Below are positions 13,880 through 26,606 of a stretch of 64,000 nucleotides of DNA, one piece after another (the stretch's first letter is position 1; the number at the start of each line of letters is the position of its first letter). Under the pieces are notes generated by a model. The model saw only the letters and a list, made by a program, of their open reading frames with translations. It was not told where the DNA came from and searched no databases. The stretch is from Chiloscyllium plagiosum. Taxonomy: Eukaryota. Location of the stretch: NCBI RefSeq assembly GCF_004010195.1, contig NC_057719.1:70153728-70217727 (forward strand). Reading direction: 5' to 3'. The position numbers and the translations under genes were made by a program.

Positions 13880-14470
13880 ATGTGAAGATGTACTTTATAT
13901 CCATAAAGATGGTGTGCTGGTCACTCATATCAATTCTGTCATGGGAAAACAATTTGTGACAAATAGTTTGGTGAGGATGTGTTCAAATAGATATTTCCCT
14001 TTTGTTGGTTCTCTCACTGTCTGCCACAGATACAGTTAGCAGCTATGTTCTTTAAGACATAACTACTATGTTCTATTAGTAGTGATCAGTAGTGATGCTG
14101 CCAAGCTGTTCTTGGTGATGAACATTGAAGTCCCTTAGCCAGAGTACATTCTATGGTCTTGCCACCTTCACTGCTTCTTCAAACTGGTGTCCAACATGAA
14201 GGAACACTGCTTCTTTAGCTAAGGGTGAGTTGGTGGTAGGTGGTAATCAACAGGAGGAAGGTATCCATTTTTTATGAGGCATCATGGGTTTGGAGTCAAT
14301 ATTGAGTCAATAACTTGCTACGAACTGTATACCATCATATCACCACTTCTAGTGGATCTGTACTGCCAGTGGCAGGAATATACAGGGATGGTGGTGGTGG
14401 TATCTGATGCATTTTCTGCAAGGTTTGAGTCAGTGAATTTGACTATCTCAAGCTTCTGGGGAACAGCTCT
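13880..14470 (-). mobile_element. Decayed CR1/L2-group LINE fragment (endonuclease region)
   Basis: Reverse reads GDFNVHHQEQL (AP-endonuclease GDFN motif) near 14110-14135. Confidence 0.6.
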
Positions 14471-14599
14471 CTCAGTTTTGGCACAAAATTGTCCACCAAG
14501 CCACTCAGTTATATAAACTACTACTGAAACCTGATGGGCCACATGGCATAGTCCTTATGGGAATGATAATTACCAAACCTAGCCCAGTCAAACTAGCAG

Positions 14600-14910
14600 A
14601 GTCCTCCTTACTAACATGAGTGGCTTGGTGGACAATTTCAGAGGGCATTTAAAAGATAACCAAATTGATTGGTGTCTGGACTCACAAATTGGCCAGACCA
14701 GGTAATGACAGCAGATTTCCTTCCCTGAAGTATATTTGTGAACCAGATTGGATTTTACAACAATTGACAAATTGTTTCATTGTCACAGCTAGACTAGCTC
14801 TCAATTATAGATTTTCATGAATTGAGTTAAAATTGCACCAACTATCATGTCCCGTAGCATTAGTCTGGGTGTTTTGATTACCAGTTCAGTAATATTTCCA
14901 CTACTTCATC
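14600..14910 (-). mobile_element. Old tRNA-derived shark SINE
   Basis: GTCTGGACTCACA..GGCCAGACCAGGTAA..CAGATTTCCTTCCCTGAAG, also seen decayed at 5100-5290. Confidence 0.55.
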
Positions 14911-15562
14911 ATTCTTTAATCCCAAACAACTAACTTGCTTGATTTTATTTGGGTTAATCCATTTAAAAACATAGTTAGATCATACTTAATTGCAAAATGG
15001 ATTCATAGGTGCAAACATATTAACAATTAGTAAGTTGATTTGGTGATGTGGAATTAAGAAAATAACTTCAATGGATGGAAGGAAAAAATCATGAATGAGC
15101 GAGTCATCTATTGATTATGGCAGAATTGGATTAAATGAACTTCACTCATTCCAAGTTTTGTGTTTTTGCATGTGTTAGACCCACTTTAAAAATTCTGGAA
15201 AAAAAAATTTTGCTTGATAAGAATTATGCAAATGCATATAGAATTAAAATATATTCAAGCATCTGCATAAAAATTTTCAAACTTATTTTATAATAAAAGC
15301 AAGTACCATAATACTTGAAAACTCAAGTTTAGTCTTCATTGTAAAAATTATGGTGAACTATTTCAGGAAACATGAAGAGAAATTAGATGCAGTGTTTCAG
15401 AAGGACAGGACAAGAGTATACAGTACTTGCATATGGTGCTAAGCTGAACTGTATGAAATCCAACATATCAGTTTGCCAAATCCAAGTTCTTTAAGTTTTA
15501 ACGACATACACTATATAGTGATACAGAGGCTAAATGCTCTTAGGTAAGTCCTGAAAATCAAA

Positions 15563-15872
15563 GGGCAGCACGGTGGCACAGTGGTTAGCACTGCTGCCTC
15601 ACAGCGCCAGAGACCCGGGTTCAATTCCCAACTCAGGCGACCCACTGTGTGGAGTTTGCACATTCTCCCCGTGTCTGCGTGGGTTTCCTCCGGGTGCTCC
15701 GGTTTCCTCCCATTGTCCAAAGATGTGCAGATCAGGTGAATTGGCCATGCTAAATTGCCTGTAGTGTTAGGTAAGGGGTAAATATAGGGGTATTGGGTGG
15801 GTTGCGCTTCGGCGGGTTGGTGTGGACTTGTTGGGCCGAGGGCCTGTTTCCACACTGTAAAGTAATCTAATC
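15563..15872 (+). mobile_element. Full-length HE1 SINE (V-SINE superfamily)
   Basis: Pol III A box TGGCACAGTGG and B box GGTTCAATTCC; V-domain TGTGTGGAGTTTGCACATTCTCCCCGTGTCTGCGTGGGTTTCCTCCGGGTGCTCCGGTTTCCTCCCA; CR1-like tail ending TAATCTAATC. Confidence 0.95.
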
Positions 15873-17189
15873 ATTACTGGAGAACAATCCATCAGGAAGG
15901 GACAAAATACCTGTATTTTGTTTTTGAAAATCTGAAAAATGACAAATTTGTACCTTAGACAAATTTTAGCACAGGCGTGCGCAGATATGTCTTTTACATA
16001 GATTTTTAGTTTAGTTTTTCTGAAAACTCATGTTTTCAGAAAGCATGAGTAAAGAGCTGAGAAAAAATCAAATATTCTCCTTTCTACGGCTATTGTTATT
16101 AATGTTAGCAATAAGATCTTACAAAGTACTTCAATTGAGACCCTTCAATTTCTCAGAGAAGCTCATTTTCATGTTGATGTGTGCTTCATTTCTGGACTTG
16201 ATGCTTACTCCACACACTGAAGACTTAATTACCTCCTGAAATAACTTTATAATTTGACTTGCAAATCTAATCAGGTTGAACCATAACTAACATATATCAT
16301 TATATAAAATATGTAATTTACATATCTATTATATACACAGAGTTTTGCAAAACTAAAAATTAGTTTAGATAAATAGGGCAGACTCTGAAAATATGGTCAG
16401 TGGCAAGACCGTTGGTATAACATGACAAAAACAGAAAAATGAGATTCTCAACTTCAACAAGCTGATTTTTCACTGAAGGTTTTAACAGCTAGTCATTCTG
16501 CTATTACCTATTCTCACCACACTTAAAGGCAAAGTGATATTCTCCCAGGCAGTGGAGAGAAACTAAATGGTGCTAACTCCTGACATGGAAGTGGGATGGA
16601 ATACCTGTCAGCCTCAGCACACTGCTGCTCTTTGGGGTCTCCAGGTTGGCCAGCGGCATCAAGCGTCTCAGAGCACACTCCGCGGGCAGTGACCACCTAC
16701 ATCTTTTGTCCACAGATGTTGACATCAGGCAACACAGTTCACCACTTCAACACTGCACTGACGCCTTATATGGCAATACTGCTGCCAGGCTTCTTTGCAC
16801 ACCAGGATGGGCACCCCTCTCATGCATTTCATTCAGGGTTCTTAGCTTCTTAAGCAGCATGCTGGGAAGCAGAAGGGATAAAAATTTTGAAGGAAAAAAT
16901 TCAAAGTTAGGATGTAACATGATACAGCAGGGAATTGCAAGGGGTATTTGAGGGTTAGCGTGATGAGGGGATGGTCACGGATTGTCACCTGGCTTTGATG
17001 GAAGGACAATGAATAACAATGTTTGGCACAATGGTAAGCTGTATGTCTCAGGCTCAGTGGGTAAAATAAGGAGATCAGCTGTTAAATAAAAAGACTTGGG
17101 TAGGAAGATGGGGAAGATCAAAGCTGATGGAGTTGACAGGAAAGGAGCAAGGTGGAAAAGAACAGGAACATTTCGGGAACTGACTGCTT

Positions 17190-17470
17190 TGTCCTGGATG
17201 GTGCCAAGCTTCTGGAATGCTGTTAAAGCCCCACTCATCCACGCAGTACAACATCACACACCTGTCTTGTGCCTTGTACATGGTGGACAGGATCTAGTTA
17301 GTCATGAGGTGAGTTACTTGCTGCAGTATTTCAAGCCTGTAACATCCTCTTGCAGCCACAGTATTTGTATATCTAGTCTAGTTCAGTTTCTGTTCCATGT
17401 TCATCCCAGGCTGTTGACGGCTGGGGGTTCAATGATGGTAATGTCATTGAAAGTCATGGAATGATGGCTT
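17190..17470 (-). mobile_element. CR1/L2-group LINE fragment
   Basis: Reverse complement resembles 1950-2230 (GCTTTGTCCTGGATG..CAAGCTTCT, CCTTGTACATGGTGGACAG). Confidence 0.65.
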
Positions 17471-19329
17471 GATACTTCCAAAGAAAAAGTACCATCTGCA
17501 ATCTACAGCACCACAACTTTGGCAAAAAGCAAAGCAAGCAGGGCTTCCTTGTGAACCTCATTCAACTGATCTCATTTGTGTGAAGTAATCTTCTATTGAC
17601 TTTAAATGTTTTGATGTTGCACAGACCGGCACCTCCTGTTTAATCCAAACTGCAAATGTAGCTTACTGGCTTGATTAGTTCATCTTTTTCCTGTTGATTA
17701 ATGAATGTTATGATTAAAAATTGATAAAAGCCTTCACAACATCCGATACACTCTCACTTAATCATGAAGTAGTTTCATGCTGTTATGAGCACTGTGGAAA
17801 AGGATTACTATTGTTTAGAAAGAGTTAGAACACCATGTGGCACTAAGGATAACTAGCCTCTCCACTGTTATTCTTATAGTTGCAGCTATAATTATGATCA
17901 CACAGCTGATGATGATATCTGAATCGATGGACTCTCATTAAGTTTTCTTTTTCTTTTCCCTTCCTCTATATCTAGATGCAGTCCCAGCGTTCACAGCTGG
18001 AGTGGTGTGTGCCTGTCCTATAGGAGCCCATTGACACTGGAGGTTTGACCAAGTGACCCAGGAATCCATTGTGACTTGAGGGTGCAGATATGCTGAGCAC
18101 CCTATTCAGATGCAGATTCATGGTCCTTGGTTGGAATGGTCACAGTTGTGGGGATTGCAGACAAGGTGAAGGTGGAGGTCCTATTAGCTTCAACTTGTCT
18201 CCTTGTCAAGAAGGAGCTCCTGGAGTGAGATCAAAGTTCCTTGTTTCCAACCCCCCCCTCCCCCCAATCACCATGCCGTTGCAGATGAACACCAATGGAG
18301 AGCAATGAAATGCAGGGCTGTGCATATATCTGGCAAACACTGAGTACCCTTAGCCTGGGTCTCTATGGCAGCCAGCAACCTGTCCATGAAGACAGGTAGC
18401 CTTGGCAGACTTCTGCAACTTTCAATAGAGTTTCAGAAGTCCCTCTGACAAACATGTTTGCTACTCATATGTCTGCCCATGCGCTTGAAGGAAGTTATTA
18501 ATGGTCAACACCTGTCTGGAACTGAGCAAGTGTCTGGTCTCTGGCAGTCTGCTGAGCGCCAGCATCATGGAAGTTTCTTCTACCACTTGTGGAGACATGG
18601 CTGGATGTACTCACCAAAATGTGCTCCTGGCTCTAATTCAGTTTACGTATCCATTAAGATGTTAGTATCTGAGCTGGTGGAGGGTGCAGGAGACAGCCTT
18701 ACTGGAGCTTGAAGACGGAAGGGGAATGTGTCTTTCTCTTTCTTCAAGGCAGAGATTGTGCAGAGGCAATGACTTGTGAAATGGAGTATAAGTATGGGCA
18801 TATAATACACTCAGTGGTGGTAATGGGAGAGTAGTTCAGCATTTGACTTGAATCTGGCTTGGTTGCCAGAAATGGAAGTCTCAGCATCAGCATGAGCAGC
18901 CATAGCAGTCTCTCATTAAGGCAACAGTTCTCTCCTTGTATGAGATGAAAACATGTACATCAGGCATCCCACTACCATCTTTGTTCTCTCACCCTCATTG
19001 TGAGGTGTTTTCTCCTGCAATGAGACAAAGGAAGGACTGAATGATATGAAGGTAGTTAGAACAACTGTTATGCTGGTGAGGTGAGGGAAAGGTGGCAGAG
19101 TAAAATAGTAGGAAGCACAGATCACGCGCTTCGTTGGTTGTCTTTATGGGAGGAGAAAGTGGGTGTTGATGTGTGCAATGGTAATTGTAGGAAGATGTCA
19201 GATGAAGTTATGACAGTGGTAGATCATGAGCCTTGATGGGAGGTGTGAAAAGACAGAGAGTAAAATGATACAGTGGTTCTGCGGTAGTAGACAGAAGATG
19301 GTGTGCCTTTACTCTGTGGAGCACAGAAG

Positions 19330-19520
19330 GTTCTTGACCTCTTTCCTGGATTATTGGTAGTCCTTGATGGTGAACACAGTGCTGACCCGTGTGTAACTTC
19401 ATACCAGATTGGCTACGTCTGGTGCTGTGGTCCTGAGGGAACAAGCCACCTCTTCCAACAGGACCTCTAGGTGCCTGTTAGCAAAGCAGGATACCAACTT
19501 CCCTTTTGCAGCTACCTTAA
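19330..19520 (-). mobile_element. Myb/SANT-like accessory-protein remnant of a Harbinger-type transposon
   Basis: CFANRHLEVLLEEV, then frameshifted FPQD and WYEVT segments resembling the Myb/SANT-like trihelix domain. Confidence 0.5.
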
Positions 19521-22310
19521 TTAGAATTTTGCAGCAACCCAACGAATGGCAGTTCCTGGCTTGCTGCATTTGACCTTGTGTACAGCTGGGATTTATGTAT
19601 AACACCTGTGACATGAATCCCAGAAGCTCTCTGCCACCTCTGCTGAATGAAACACAGTGCAATAGTGACACCATTGAGGTGTTGTGCTGACCTAAAGAGG
19701 TGAGGAGCAGAGAATTGTGTGAGATAACTTGCTAGAGATCACCGAGAGAAACCTTCAATGAAATTCTTCAAAAATCAAGCTTAGCCAATTTTTTGGTCAC
19801 ATTCAAGCCAAAGCGTTTTAACCACTGAATGTTAATGTTCAAGCATTATAAAGAGCAACTTGAACTAAATTGATCTTTTAAAACATTCAGTTGAATACAA
19901 ACATTTCCAATCACTGAGATTTGCATTAATTGTTTGGCATATCCAAAGCAGGAATGTGAATCTTGGAAAATTATTATACCTTTTAATTTGAGACACATTG
20001 AATATGTTCTTTTCAATTATTCTAACCAAATTATGTAATCTGCAACACTACTTTTGAAGATATTTTGCCAAGGGAAAATATACAGTTTGATAACATATTT
20101 TCAATGTAAAGAGATATGATCAGCTCACCACATCTTAAGTTTGTTTAGATATCCTTTAGTTTCAGTCAGTTCAGAATATAACTTCTTTTTTTTAAGGTTA
20201 CAATAAAAAACACAATATAAACTGATAAAGCATTCAAATTTTGTACGCAATAGGTAAATTATATTTTTACTTTCATACTTGGAAGTCAGTAATTGCGATT
20301 TAATATTACAATTATTGATTATTATTATTGATTTCAGATTTTGCAATATTCAACCCAATTTAAGTATGTCACACAAATATGTGTGTGCATTCCTGTTTGT
20401 CACAGAAATGCTGAATAACAAGTTACTGTCAACTATCAGACTTTCTAATTAAATGCTGACTACTATAGAAATGTGATGGATGTGGAGTTGAATGCAGCGT
20501 CCTCAAAAATAAAGGAGTTTTCAGCCTATCAGGAAGTGTGTCACACTGCATTCATTAGATGAGAAATATGCTAAATGACAACCATTTTAAAGCTCACAGT
20601 GAATCCTTGACAAAGTAGCAAAAATGGCAAGATTTAAATTCAAAGTCTATTCAAAGTCACTGAAATAGTCTGCTTAACTTACTGATTGATCATGTGAACA
20701 GTATTTAACCTGTTGCCATGCACCAAAATGTGTTTCACTGATTGATTCCGAGCTTAAATATGACTCATTTGTTTAGAAAACTGGGAAAGGACACAACAGT
20801 GTCAAAACAGGCATTCCTAAATGAGATTACATGTATACATCCTACATTTATGGATTTTAAATGATATTTAGAGGCTAATTTTGATAAGCAACACAGATGG
20901 TTTTGCCACCTGTTTTCCCATGAAATGTCTACAGTATGACAGGACAAATAATAATTTTTTTGGTGACAACTGAAACAAACTTTTTAAAAAAAGGCAGAGC
21001 AACTTTTAAATAGCTCGCAATTCAAGTTACTGCTTTTATTTCTTTTAAAATGTGTGAAAGACAAATACATATTTTAATATAAAAACTGACGAGATTAGAA
21101 TTATTCCTCCTGGGATTTTTTTAGAGCTGCTTGTAGACTGTTAATGAGCATAATGGACTGTTGTGTTCCTCTCTACGTCAGTGACTTCTCTTCAAAATTA
21201 TTTAACTGGTTGCCAAGCAATTTCAGAAATTTTGAAGGAATTACAAAACACCAAAATACATTAAAATTCTTTCCTTTTTTGTCATTTTCTACTGATTGAG
21301 ATAAGCTTACTTTGGCGATGCTTTCACTTCCCTGTTTTGTTATCTACATCAAAACATAATGTGTTACTCTCTGACACGGCAATATCAATCATATCAGCAT
21401 CAAAAATACAGTGTGAAATAGTGTTTCTGTGAAGACCTATCCCAGCATAGCAAAAGGCAGTTCCTGAGATTTCTGCTATGTACCACAACGTAACATTTAC
21501 AACAATACCTTTACATCTACGTATTTCCAGATCTTAGAGAAAAAAAAGGGAGGAAGGGAGAGAAACTAAGAAGAGAGAAAACATGCACATGTACCATTCC
21601 ATGCTGGTTTATTTCTGAAGTATGTGTGCTTTGGAAACAACAGCTACTAATTACTTGAAAATATTATATTCATCGGCCTGAAAGTGATCTTGTTAAATGG
21701 CAGCTTGGAAAACATTATAAAACAAAACAATTGATGTTAAAATTATAGTACAAATCATCTATCAATATTCAACTTCCATCATCTGATTCTATAACCAAGA
21801 CCTTTCATGGATGAAAATTTGCTTTAAAAAGAATAAACACTCAATTAAAATAGTTTCTATAACCATGTGACCAGGTTGAGGCAAGTTCATGAAATGATTC
21901 AATAAACATAGATTAGTTCAAGCAAAAATTAACTTTGGTTATAAAAGACACATCTTTCTGGAAGGTGCACGTTTAAGATGAAAGAGTGCCAACACAGTAT
22001 TCACCTTGGAAAAAGAACGTTTGGACTCATTGATAGAGATTGTACAAATGGACATGTATCTACAGCTGCTTCTGAGCAGCAAAGATGACACAAGGAAAAA
22101 TGGATTTGTAAACAAGAACTGAAGACACACTCACTGTCCATCTTTTTTTCCTCTCATCAAGCTCAAAAGTCAGTACCTTGTGGAAAAATTAACTTGAAAC
22201 AACAATCCTTCACCAAGAGCTCAAGGATATCTGCAAACTTTGTCACTCCTGGGGAAACAGAGCAACAGTTGTTGGGATTCAGGCTTCACTCTCAAAAAAA
22301 ACTTTACAAG

Positions 22311-22430
22311 GGCCATCTTGTGGCCCAGTGGTAGTGTCCCTAGCCCCGGAACCAGAGACCCAAGTTCAAGTCCCATCTGGTCCATAGATGTATAATAACG
22401 TCGCTGAACCAGGTTGATTAGAGAATCAGG
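22311..22430 (+). mobile_element. Short tRNA-derived SINE (~120 nt family)
   Basis: A-box-like TGGCCCAGTGG and B box GTTCAAGTCC; related copies at ~31297-31400 (+), ~39361-39440 (+), ~31830-31915 (-) and ~51380-51475 (-). Confidence 0.65.
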
Positions 22431-22984
22431 TTAAATTTAAAAAAATATTTCACAATGCAACTGCTTGCAACTTCTTACGCCTATACACTGGAAATTGTGT
22501 TTCCTTATTTTCCTCAGCTTTAATAAGTAATAAAACTTCACTTCCTTTTGCTGTAGAAAGGAATTGGCTCCTCCTTCATTTTGACCTTGTTAACTAAGTT
22601 TCAATTAATGAAGTTTAAATGATGCATGATAGCTATATGCCAAAACAAACCTAAAAACGTTTGTTTCATCCAACAGTGTTTAATTCCGTCTTCCGTACAT
22701 GGGCATAATAATAATTGCCTACAAAATCTAAAAAGGAAGACAATATTTTAACAGCTTTTATTTCAATGGAAATAATTCACTCCAAGGTGCACTTTTTCCA
22801 AAACTCTGGGAGGAGTTAATTAACAAATCATTAAAATTTGAGGGATGGGGGAATGTGTGTGGAAGAACGCAATTATTGAAAACAATTGTTTGCAAATTGA
22901 TCATTCTGATCATTCTACAATCAGTTAAAGTTATGCAAAACTTCAATAATTGAACAAACATTCTTGCTAAATCTTACAGATACG

Positions 22985-23225
22985 TTAAGGAGGAATTTCT
23001 TCAGCCAGATGGCAGTGATCAACGGAACTCATTGCCGCAGAAGGCTGTGGAGGCCAAGTCATTGAGTGTCTTTAAAAGAGAGAGATTTTGGATTAATAAG
23101 GGGATCAATGGTTGTGGGGAGAAGGCAGGAAATGGGGAGAAATATATCAGCCATGGTTTGAAGGTTGAGCAGAATCAAAAGGCTGAATGACCTAATCCTG
23201 TTCCCAAATCTTATGGTCTTATGAT
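22985..23225 (+). mobile_element. CR1 LINE 3' end fragment
   Basis: RRNFFSQ..NSLPQKAVEAKSL.VFK motif; tail GGCTGAATGACCTAATCCTGTTCC..TCTTATGGTCTTATG. Confidence 0.8.
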
Positions 23226-24025
23226 CGAAATTACAACAGGATTGTAAAGTGCAGTAATTGCACATGTTACATGGTTTGAACATGTTACATAATGTTATAG
23301 TCATCAGATCTTAATTAAGGAAACAACTCAGCCCCTATCACCGCTATTTTTCCATTCCCCTCTCCCAATTTTGGATAATGTAAGGATTTTAATTTAACGT
23401 AATGAAGATAAAATCACTTCACTCTTCTTGGAAATGTTCATCATTCACGCTGCAGGTTCCCTTGGTACTAAATATAACACTACCTCTATTTCAGCACCTC
23501 TGACTATTGCCCTCAAATCATTCTTTGTACAAGCATAAAACAAATGCAAACAGGGCATGACGCAGGGGAAAAAATGAGCATATTTCCTACATAAATGCAT
23601 CACAATAGGACACTATTTATTAGATTACTTTTTTGCATATCTTATCAAAGTACATTGCTGTGTGAGATAATTGCGGTAAAAAATATTTCTCTGTCTTCTC
23701 CAGTTAAAAAAATGCCATATGCATTTTCCAAAAGGGCTTTTTAAGAGCTCAGCAGTGAAATGTGGTATACTTTAATCACCAGCACCCTGTTGTGGTTTTG
23801 TAGTTCTTATGCATAAATGCCTCCACATACAACCGCATGTGGAGCATTTTCAATTCATTACTGAGGCCCAACAAAATTCAGAAGTTGTTTTAAACATATA
23901 CCGCATAAAACAAATCAGTAGTTTTGGCAGAAGTTCACTATTTTAAGACAGTGAAAGATAAAATGGATGTTGTTAAACTTGGATACTCTGAACATCATAA
24001 AATATCAGTCACGTTTCAAGTCACA

Positions 24026-24204
24026 TCAGGTGAATTGGCCATGCTAAATTGCCCGTAGTGTTAGGTAAGGGGTAAATGTAGGGGTCTAGGTGGGCTGCGC
24101 TTTGGCGGGTCGGTGTGGACTTGTTGGGCCAAAGGGCCTGTTTCCACACTGTAAGTAATCCCTGTTTCCACACTGTAAGTAATCTAATCTGTAAGTAATC
24201 TAAT
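24026..24204 (+). mobile_element. HE1 SINE, 5'-truncated, with reiterated tail
   Basis: Near-identical to the 3' half of 15563-15872; 24-nt tail unit repeated in tandem. Confidence 0.92.
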
Positions 24205-25229
24205 TTGAGACTATTAAAAGAAAAAATGGTTTATCGGCAATACTAACCAGAACTTCAATGATAAATCAAAAAATGACCAGGTCAGTTTTGACCGCGTCTT
24301 ACAGAAGACTAAATATTGCTCAGCTACCAATGTATAGCATTTCCAACTTTACAGAACTATTTTGACATTTCCATTTGGTACATATGCTGACTTTATGGAC
24401 TCTGAGCAGTGTTGCTAAGTCTCTTCAAATTAGCATGTAAGTTGAGAGTGTTCTTTGCTTTTTTTTTCATGTGTAGAGAATTTGGTTGATATTATCCAAT
24501 AATTTCTATGAATTAGCTCAAATCTTGGTGTTGGGACAATAACAGAAATCTATTGGAAGGCTTTTACATTTTTGTCTCCTGTGTTAAGCACTGCCATAAC
24601 ATGTAACTGAAGCATGTGCAAAATGAAGCCCCTTCTCTCACGTAAACTGTGTCTCAAACTTAGCATTAAGTAATACATAGTACAAAACCACCATTAGAAA
24701 GGGAAATGAAAAAAATTGTAAAATTAGAGACTCTCTATTAAAAAAATAGTCAATTATTTTTGTCCCATATTTTGCATATTAACTTATTTATTATTACATA
24801 ACTCAATCACAAAGCACTACAATCTACGCAATTGGTCAGTGCACAATCACTCAATATTTTAGGCACTTTCAGGGTACAACAATTGAGTTGTCAGGCTGAA
24901 TTTTACATTTTAGTTTGGCTAAGTCTGAGTTGTGGGGAGTTTATTGGAGGGATTTTCACCACGAGGCTGAGCACGCGTATTCATTATCTCATCAAATTTG
25001 TTTCAATCGTTACCCACCCTGCCCCTGTGGCAGCCTGATGTCTGATTTCAGCCTCATTTTACCACACGACACTTCCGGAACAACTCGCCACATAGGATAT
25101 CCCCAGAAATCACTGGCAGATACTGAGCCATGTCATATTTAAGATCTGTTGCATAGTCAGACAACAGCTGTCAGCCTGAAGGTGACCTGCGTGGTTCCTA
25201 ACATTTGACCTGACATAGCAGACAGGGAA

Positions 25230-25450
25230 ACTGCTATCTGCTTTGTGGATACCTAACTGGAAGGGCCTATCTGCTGGTTGGATTGGCACGGAGGTGGGGC
25301 TTCCTCATTCCCCAGGACCAGAAATGGAAACATGACACTAGACCATGCCAGCCTGGTCTGAGATGGAAATCTGGCTCAATGCACCCTCAACCATCTGGAA
25401 GAATATTTAGCAAAGTAGGAGGAAGGTCAATGACCTTCTCCACTATGCCA
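25230..25450 (+). mobile_element. Second Myb/SANT-like (Harbinger accessory) remnant
   Basis: CCCCAGGACCA..GCCTGG..AGGAGGAAGGTCAATGACCTT (PQD..AW..RRKVNDL). Confidence 0.45.
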
Positions 25451-25904
25451 AGGTCAATACCATCCTCTCTCTATCTTTGCTACTGAACCTAACTGCCACT
25501 GAGGCTCTACCACACTTACTATTGCCCGCAACATCTTCCCCACAAGCTCACATCTGTCCTGAGCCCTGACAACTCTAACTCTACATACCCTCTGTGCTGC
25601 CAATTCATGCACCTGCGCCAGAAGTAACAGCCAAGCCACCCAGTTTCATCTTCCTTAATACTTGCCTCTCTCTCTCATTCCAGGAGGACAATTACCCCCA
25701 GTAAAGCAGAAAGTTAGGTAGTGAGCTGCACAATATTCAGCTCCTTACTTCTTAAGTGGATAGCATCCTGCCTCTGACAGCCCCAAGTAGCTTGTTTCCA
25801 AGCATCTGGACTGGTCATGGAGACCCACTGTTCTAGAATCCTTTAGGTGAAGGCTATCCTTTTGACTTGACTGGGGCCTGTTAATAGACTTGTCAAGATT
25901 AGGA

Positions 25905-25998
25905 TAGTGCTGGAAAAGCACAGCAGGTGAGGCAGCATCTGAAGAGCAGGAAAATCAACGTTTCAGGGAAAAGCCCTTCATCAGGAAGGGCTTTTGCT
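25905..25998 (-). mobile_element. Penelope-like pLTR fragment with hammerhead core and short inversion
   Basis: Minus strand: CTGATGA-AGGG-ctttt-CCCT-GAAAC-GTT-GA; possible imperfect target-site duplication CTTGTCAAGA / CTTGGCAAGA. Confidence 0.82.
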
Positions 25999-26313
25999 TG
26001 GCAAGACAGCCGTAATATGAGCTTGGCATCTCAGCCGGAGGGGGTAAAGTACAAAAAGGCAAAGCATGGCAATGCAAGAGAGGGATACTGCGAGAAGCTG
26101 GGAAGGTTCACAGTCAGTAGGTGCTATGACAATGAGCAAAAAGCACAGGAATGCAGCCTGGTTCAGCCAATTAGCTGAGTGTCTGTTCCCAAAAGTTTCC
26201 TTGCTGCAGCATTGCAATGATATTTGCTGGTGCAGCCCAAGGTATAACATTGATGTGCAGAATTGCCTGCTATTAGAGACATGTCATGACCGTTCCTAGA
26301 GGCTGATATTTTT

Positions 26314-26606
26314 TTTAGATTATTTACAGTGTGGAAACAGGCCCTTCGGCCCAACAAGTCCACACCGACCCGCCGAAGTGCAACCCACCCAGACCCATTC
26401 CCCTACATTTACCCCTTCACCTAACACTACAGGCAATTTAGCATGGCCAATTCACCTAACCTGCACATTTTTGGTCTGTGGGAGGAAACTGGAGCACCCG
26501 GCGGAAACCCACGCAGACATGGGGAGAATGTGCAAACTCCACACAGTCACCTGAGGCGCGAATTGAACCCAGGTCTCTGGCCCTGTGAGGCAGCAGTCCT
26601 AACCAC
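26314..26606 (-). mobile_element. HE1 SINE, near full length
   Basis: Reverse complement of the 15563-15872 copy with high identity. Confidence 0.93.

Noticed and set aside
15563..15640. tRNA gene
   Set aside because: A and B boxes are the SINE head and run straight into the V-domain; the same applies to the other SINE heads.
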